Shown here: positions 63,766 to 64,000 of the stretch, piece by piece
Layout: every line of letters begins with the position of its first letter
How positions within the stretch are numbered: position 1 is the first letter of the stretch
Origin: Meyerozyma guilliermondii
Lineage: Eukaryota
Direction of reading: 5' to 3'
Assembly: GCA_051546255.1 (NCBI GenBank)
Contig: CP128816.1
Location: 1,240,001-1,304,000 of the forward strand
DNA: 64,000 nt
Notes under the pieces: generated by a model
What the model was told of the DNA's origin: nothing
Database searches by the model: none
Seen by the model: only the letters and a program-made list of their open reading frames with translations
Made by a program: the position numbers and the translations under genes

Positions 63766-64000
63766 TTGTGCGGCTTGACCTCGTGCGGGTGGGCGAAACA
63801 GCCGGGTCGCATTAACGACGTGCATGGAACGCATTTCTTGGTGTAATTACAGGATATGACTTGGTATGAGTTTTGGTGGTATTTTAATCTGAAAAGTCGC
63901 TACAGGTGAGTTGTGGCTTCCATTTACTTAGGTGGTGATATAGAAAATAATGGAAAATGGTAACCGTTCGAATTTGGTTGGTGTGCACGGCGGCTACTTG

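Noticed and set aside
63768..63812. GC-rich hairpin after the SYO1 stop
   Set aside because: Only 10 bp with four G-U pairs; compatible with chance or with the next gene's promoter
469..63834. The many 60-170 aa ORFs antisense to or nested in the long genes
   Set aside because: They shadow well-supported genes, often start at non-ATG codons and show no recognisable motifs

Overview
Gene-dense eukaryotic chromosome segment from a budding yeast that very probably uses the CUG-Ser code: CTG codons sit at conserved Ser positions. Complex I genes, short introns and tiny intergenic gaps fit Debaryomycetaceae, perhaps Meyerozyma, but the species is inference only. I find about 38 protein genes, mostly housekeeping and in blocks whose order matches what I recall from S. 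cerevisiae (IMH1-CDC25, URA3-GEA-CPR7, SAN1-yapsin, END3-SWS2-EOS1-TPM-APJ1, VAC14-REH1-TSR1-RPS29-ECM19-SYO1), plus one tRNA-Gly(TCC). The ORF track misses several features. These are RPS29 with a 5'-UTR intron, a two-exon ECM19-like gene with a 43-nt intron, the first exons of SWS2 and tropomyosin, and an H/ACA snoRNA (snR34-like) whose two guide pockets pair with 25S rRNA. I see no transposon, CRISPR array, rRNA or clearly novel multi-gene system. The best leads are an orphan Myb/SANT-like (Harbinger-type) protein, its unassigned convergent neighbour, an atypical mitochondrial carrier, and tandem duplications echoing the stop-codon region at three gene ends. All homology and synteny calls are from memory of the families, not from database searches.
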